From NCBI RefSeq assembly GCF_035084215.1, contig NW_027139581.1:496001-560000 (forward strand): 64,000 nucleotides of DNA, in the 5' to 3' direction. The position numbers and the translations under genes are program-made. The stretch comes from Heptranchias perlo. Its lineage: Eukaryota. Position 1 is the first letter of the stretch. Each line of letters begins with the position of its first letter. The notes under the pieces are model-generated. The model did not search any database. It was not told the DNA's origin and saw only the letters and a program-made list of their open reading frames with translations. Below, one piece after another: positions 61,826 to 64,000 of the stretch.

Positions 61826-63039
61826 TATCACAGAAACTGTACATGTAAAATCATTTCAAAATTTACAGCGCCTCTGCTCACTTTTGATTCCAATTAGAAA
61901 TCTCCGGAACTGAATAATTAAGGACAGATTCTGCACGCTGTGCAATTTAATTACACAGTCAATGGATGTATATAAACGTATTCTGTGTGTATATATTAAA
62001 TATATGATATCATATATGGTACGTTCGCTGGATATAGATATATATATACATATACTTCATGTTATAAATTTAACGTGAATGTAGTGTTGGAATTACAGTC
62101 AGACCAGATCTGTTTGTAACTATATTTCCCAGTCTCAGTGTTCGTTGCTGTTGTTCTCTTTAATTATAAACGAACAGCTTTCAGTATTCCCGAGTCCTGT
62201 AAAGAAAGAATCATTTAATAAAATGCTTGTATTTTATCGTTTATACTATTCCTCATATCAATAACCGCCTGTATATTTTTGCGGAAGTAACACATATTCC
62301 CCAGCCTACTGCCGGATTATAGTAGGTTATGGAAAATATCAAGGCTAGAATGGTCTGTACTCGGGATTGAAAAATATTTAAATAATATCTCAAGGTTCTC
62401 ACATTTTATGATATTGTACAGGGGAGATTTGCAGACAATTAGACTTTAGATGTTATCGCATGTAAAAGACGTGCTTTTGCTGAGTAGTTAAACCTCGTTT
62501 TGTTTAAACCCATACTCAAGCCATATCTGTAAAACATTCCTTGGGGGAAGTCCGTCTTACTGTTGTCAGGAAATGGCGAAAACTCACAATGTAATTTACA
62601 AGAAGCATCTGCGGGTTCTGTGGAGTAAATCCATGAGCTGTTTCCTGAGAACTGACCGCAGAGCTGAAAGCCGAGTTCAACCTCCATTCATTGTGAGTAA
62701 AGCCGAAAGGTACACAGATCTCCCCAGCAACAAATGATACTTACGTTACAACGAACCCCATTGGATGTATTAAGTTGTATTTAGCTGCCTTAGTTCTTTG
62801 CCGACCTGTTTTATAAGCATATCATGTACTTCTTCCATTGCTCTCCGTCTCAAATATCCCATCCAATTCATCACAATCTATCTCCTTCAATTACAATATA
62901 AAATTCTGTCATATCTGCCCTTAGACTGAGTTCACTAATGAAAATAGGTCCAACTCCTTCAGCCCAGCCTGATACCAAAATACCCTGAGACTGGGTGTCA
63001 TTTTACTTGCCCTGGTCTGCACCTCCTTAGGGCCATGAT

Positions 63040-64000
63040 GGTCTCCTCTATCTCCCCTCTATATAACCCCCTAAATTCCTCTCTATATTCCCCTCTATAA
63101 TCCCTTCTATGTTCCGTCTATTTTCCACTCAATATTCCCCTATATATACTCCTATATATTCCCTCTATTTTCCCCTCTATATTCCCCTCTATATTCCTCT
63201 CTATATCCCAGTCGAAAATGCCCCTCTATTTCACCCTCTATGGTCTCCTCTATAGTCCCATCTGTATCCCCCCTCTATATTTCCTCTATATTCCACTCTA
63301 CATTCCTCTCAATATTCCCTCTCTGTATCCCCCTCCATTTCCCCTCTATACTTCCCCGGTATTCCACTCTACATTCCTCTCTATATTCCCTCTCCATATC
63401 CAACTCTATATTTCCCTCTATATCACCTTCTATATTCTCCTCTATATTCCCATCTATATGCCCCTTTATATCCCCCTCTGTATCCCCCTTTATATCTCTC
63501 TCTATATCCCCTCTATATTCCCCCTATATACTCTCCTCCATATCCCCCTCCAGATTCCCTTCGATAACTCCCTCTATTCTTCCCTCTATATCCCCCTATA
63601 TCCCCTCTATATCCCTCCCTATAATCCCCTCTATGTCACCTCTATATCCCCCACTATAATCCCCACAATATTCCCGCTATATCCCCCTATATTGCCCCAT
63701 CTATATCGCCCTCTATATCCCCTCTGCATTGCCCCTCTATAATCTCCCTATATTCCGCCGCTAAATTTCCCTCGACATCACACTCTATATACCCCTCTTT
63801 TCCCCCCACTATATCCCCTCTGTATTCCTCTCAATATTCCACCTCTATATCCCCCTCTATATTCCCATCCATATTCCCCTCTATATTTCCCCTCTATATT
63901 CCCCTCTATATTCCAGTCTATATCCCCTTGTATATCCCCTCTATATTCCTCTCTATATTCAACGTCTATCATCCCCCCTTATACCCCTCTCTATTCCCCT
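63040..64000. repeat. Degenerate pyrimidine-rich ~12-bp satellite (TATATTCCCCTC)n running off the window
   Basis: Visible low-complexity periodicity; the plus strand is almost G-free. Confidence 0.9.

Noticed and set aside
61603-61913. ORFs spanning X residues
   Set aside because: Artefacts of the 130-N assembly gap
63218-63972. Pro/Leu/Tyr/Ile-rich ORFs
   Set aside because: Translations of a low-complexity pyrimidine-rich satellite

Overview
Vertebrate genomic DNA, almost certainly a cartilaginous fish (shark-type CR1/L2 LINEs and SINEs; cluster-type Ig locus). The right half holds one complete, unrearranged, apparently intact IgM heavy-chain cluster on the minus strand. Its order is leader (60685-60733), V (60104-60406), D1, D2, J, a 9.1 kb intron, Cmu1-Cmu4 with secretory tail, TM1 and TM2 (ending at 37476). 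All splice phases and the 23/12-22/12-12/23 RSS geometry check out by hand. The V exon carries framework features I associate with IgW rather than IgM V genes, and several heptamers are non-consensus. The left half holds a two-exon GPR139-like GPCR (minus strand, exon 1 at 24909-25005, exon 2 at 2900-3798). Its 21 kb intron contains a ~16.9 kb, ~310-copy 54-bp minisatellite that appears to have been amplified from inside an L2 LINE fragment and shows higher-order repeats. Between the two genes lie a 35-bp satellite, a decayed Harbinger-type Myb/SANT gene, a degenerate tRNA-gene patch with a recurrent 5' flank module arranged as inverted repeats, and back-to-back CR1 copies. The giant ORFs in the ORF track are products of the minisatellite, and most short ORFs are LINE fragments. 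There is a 130-N assembly gap at 61696-61825. All family assignments come from recalled motifs, not database searches.
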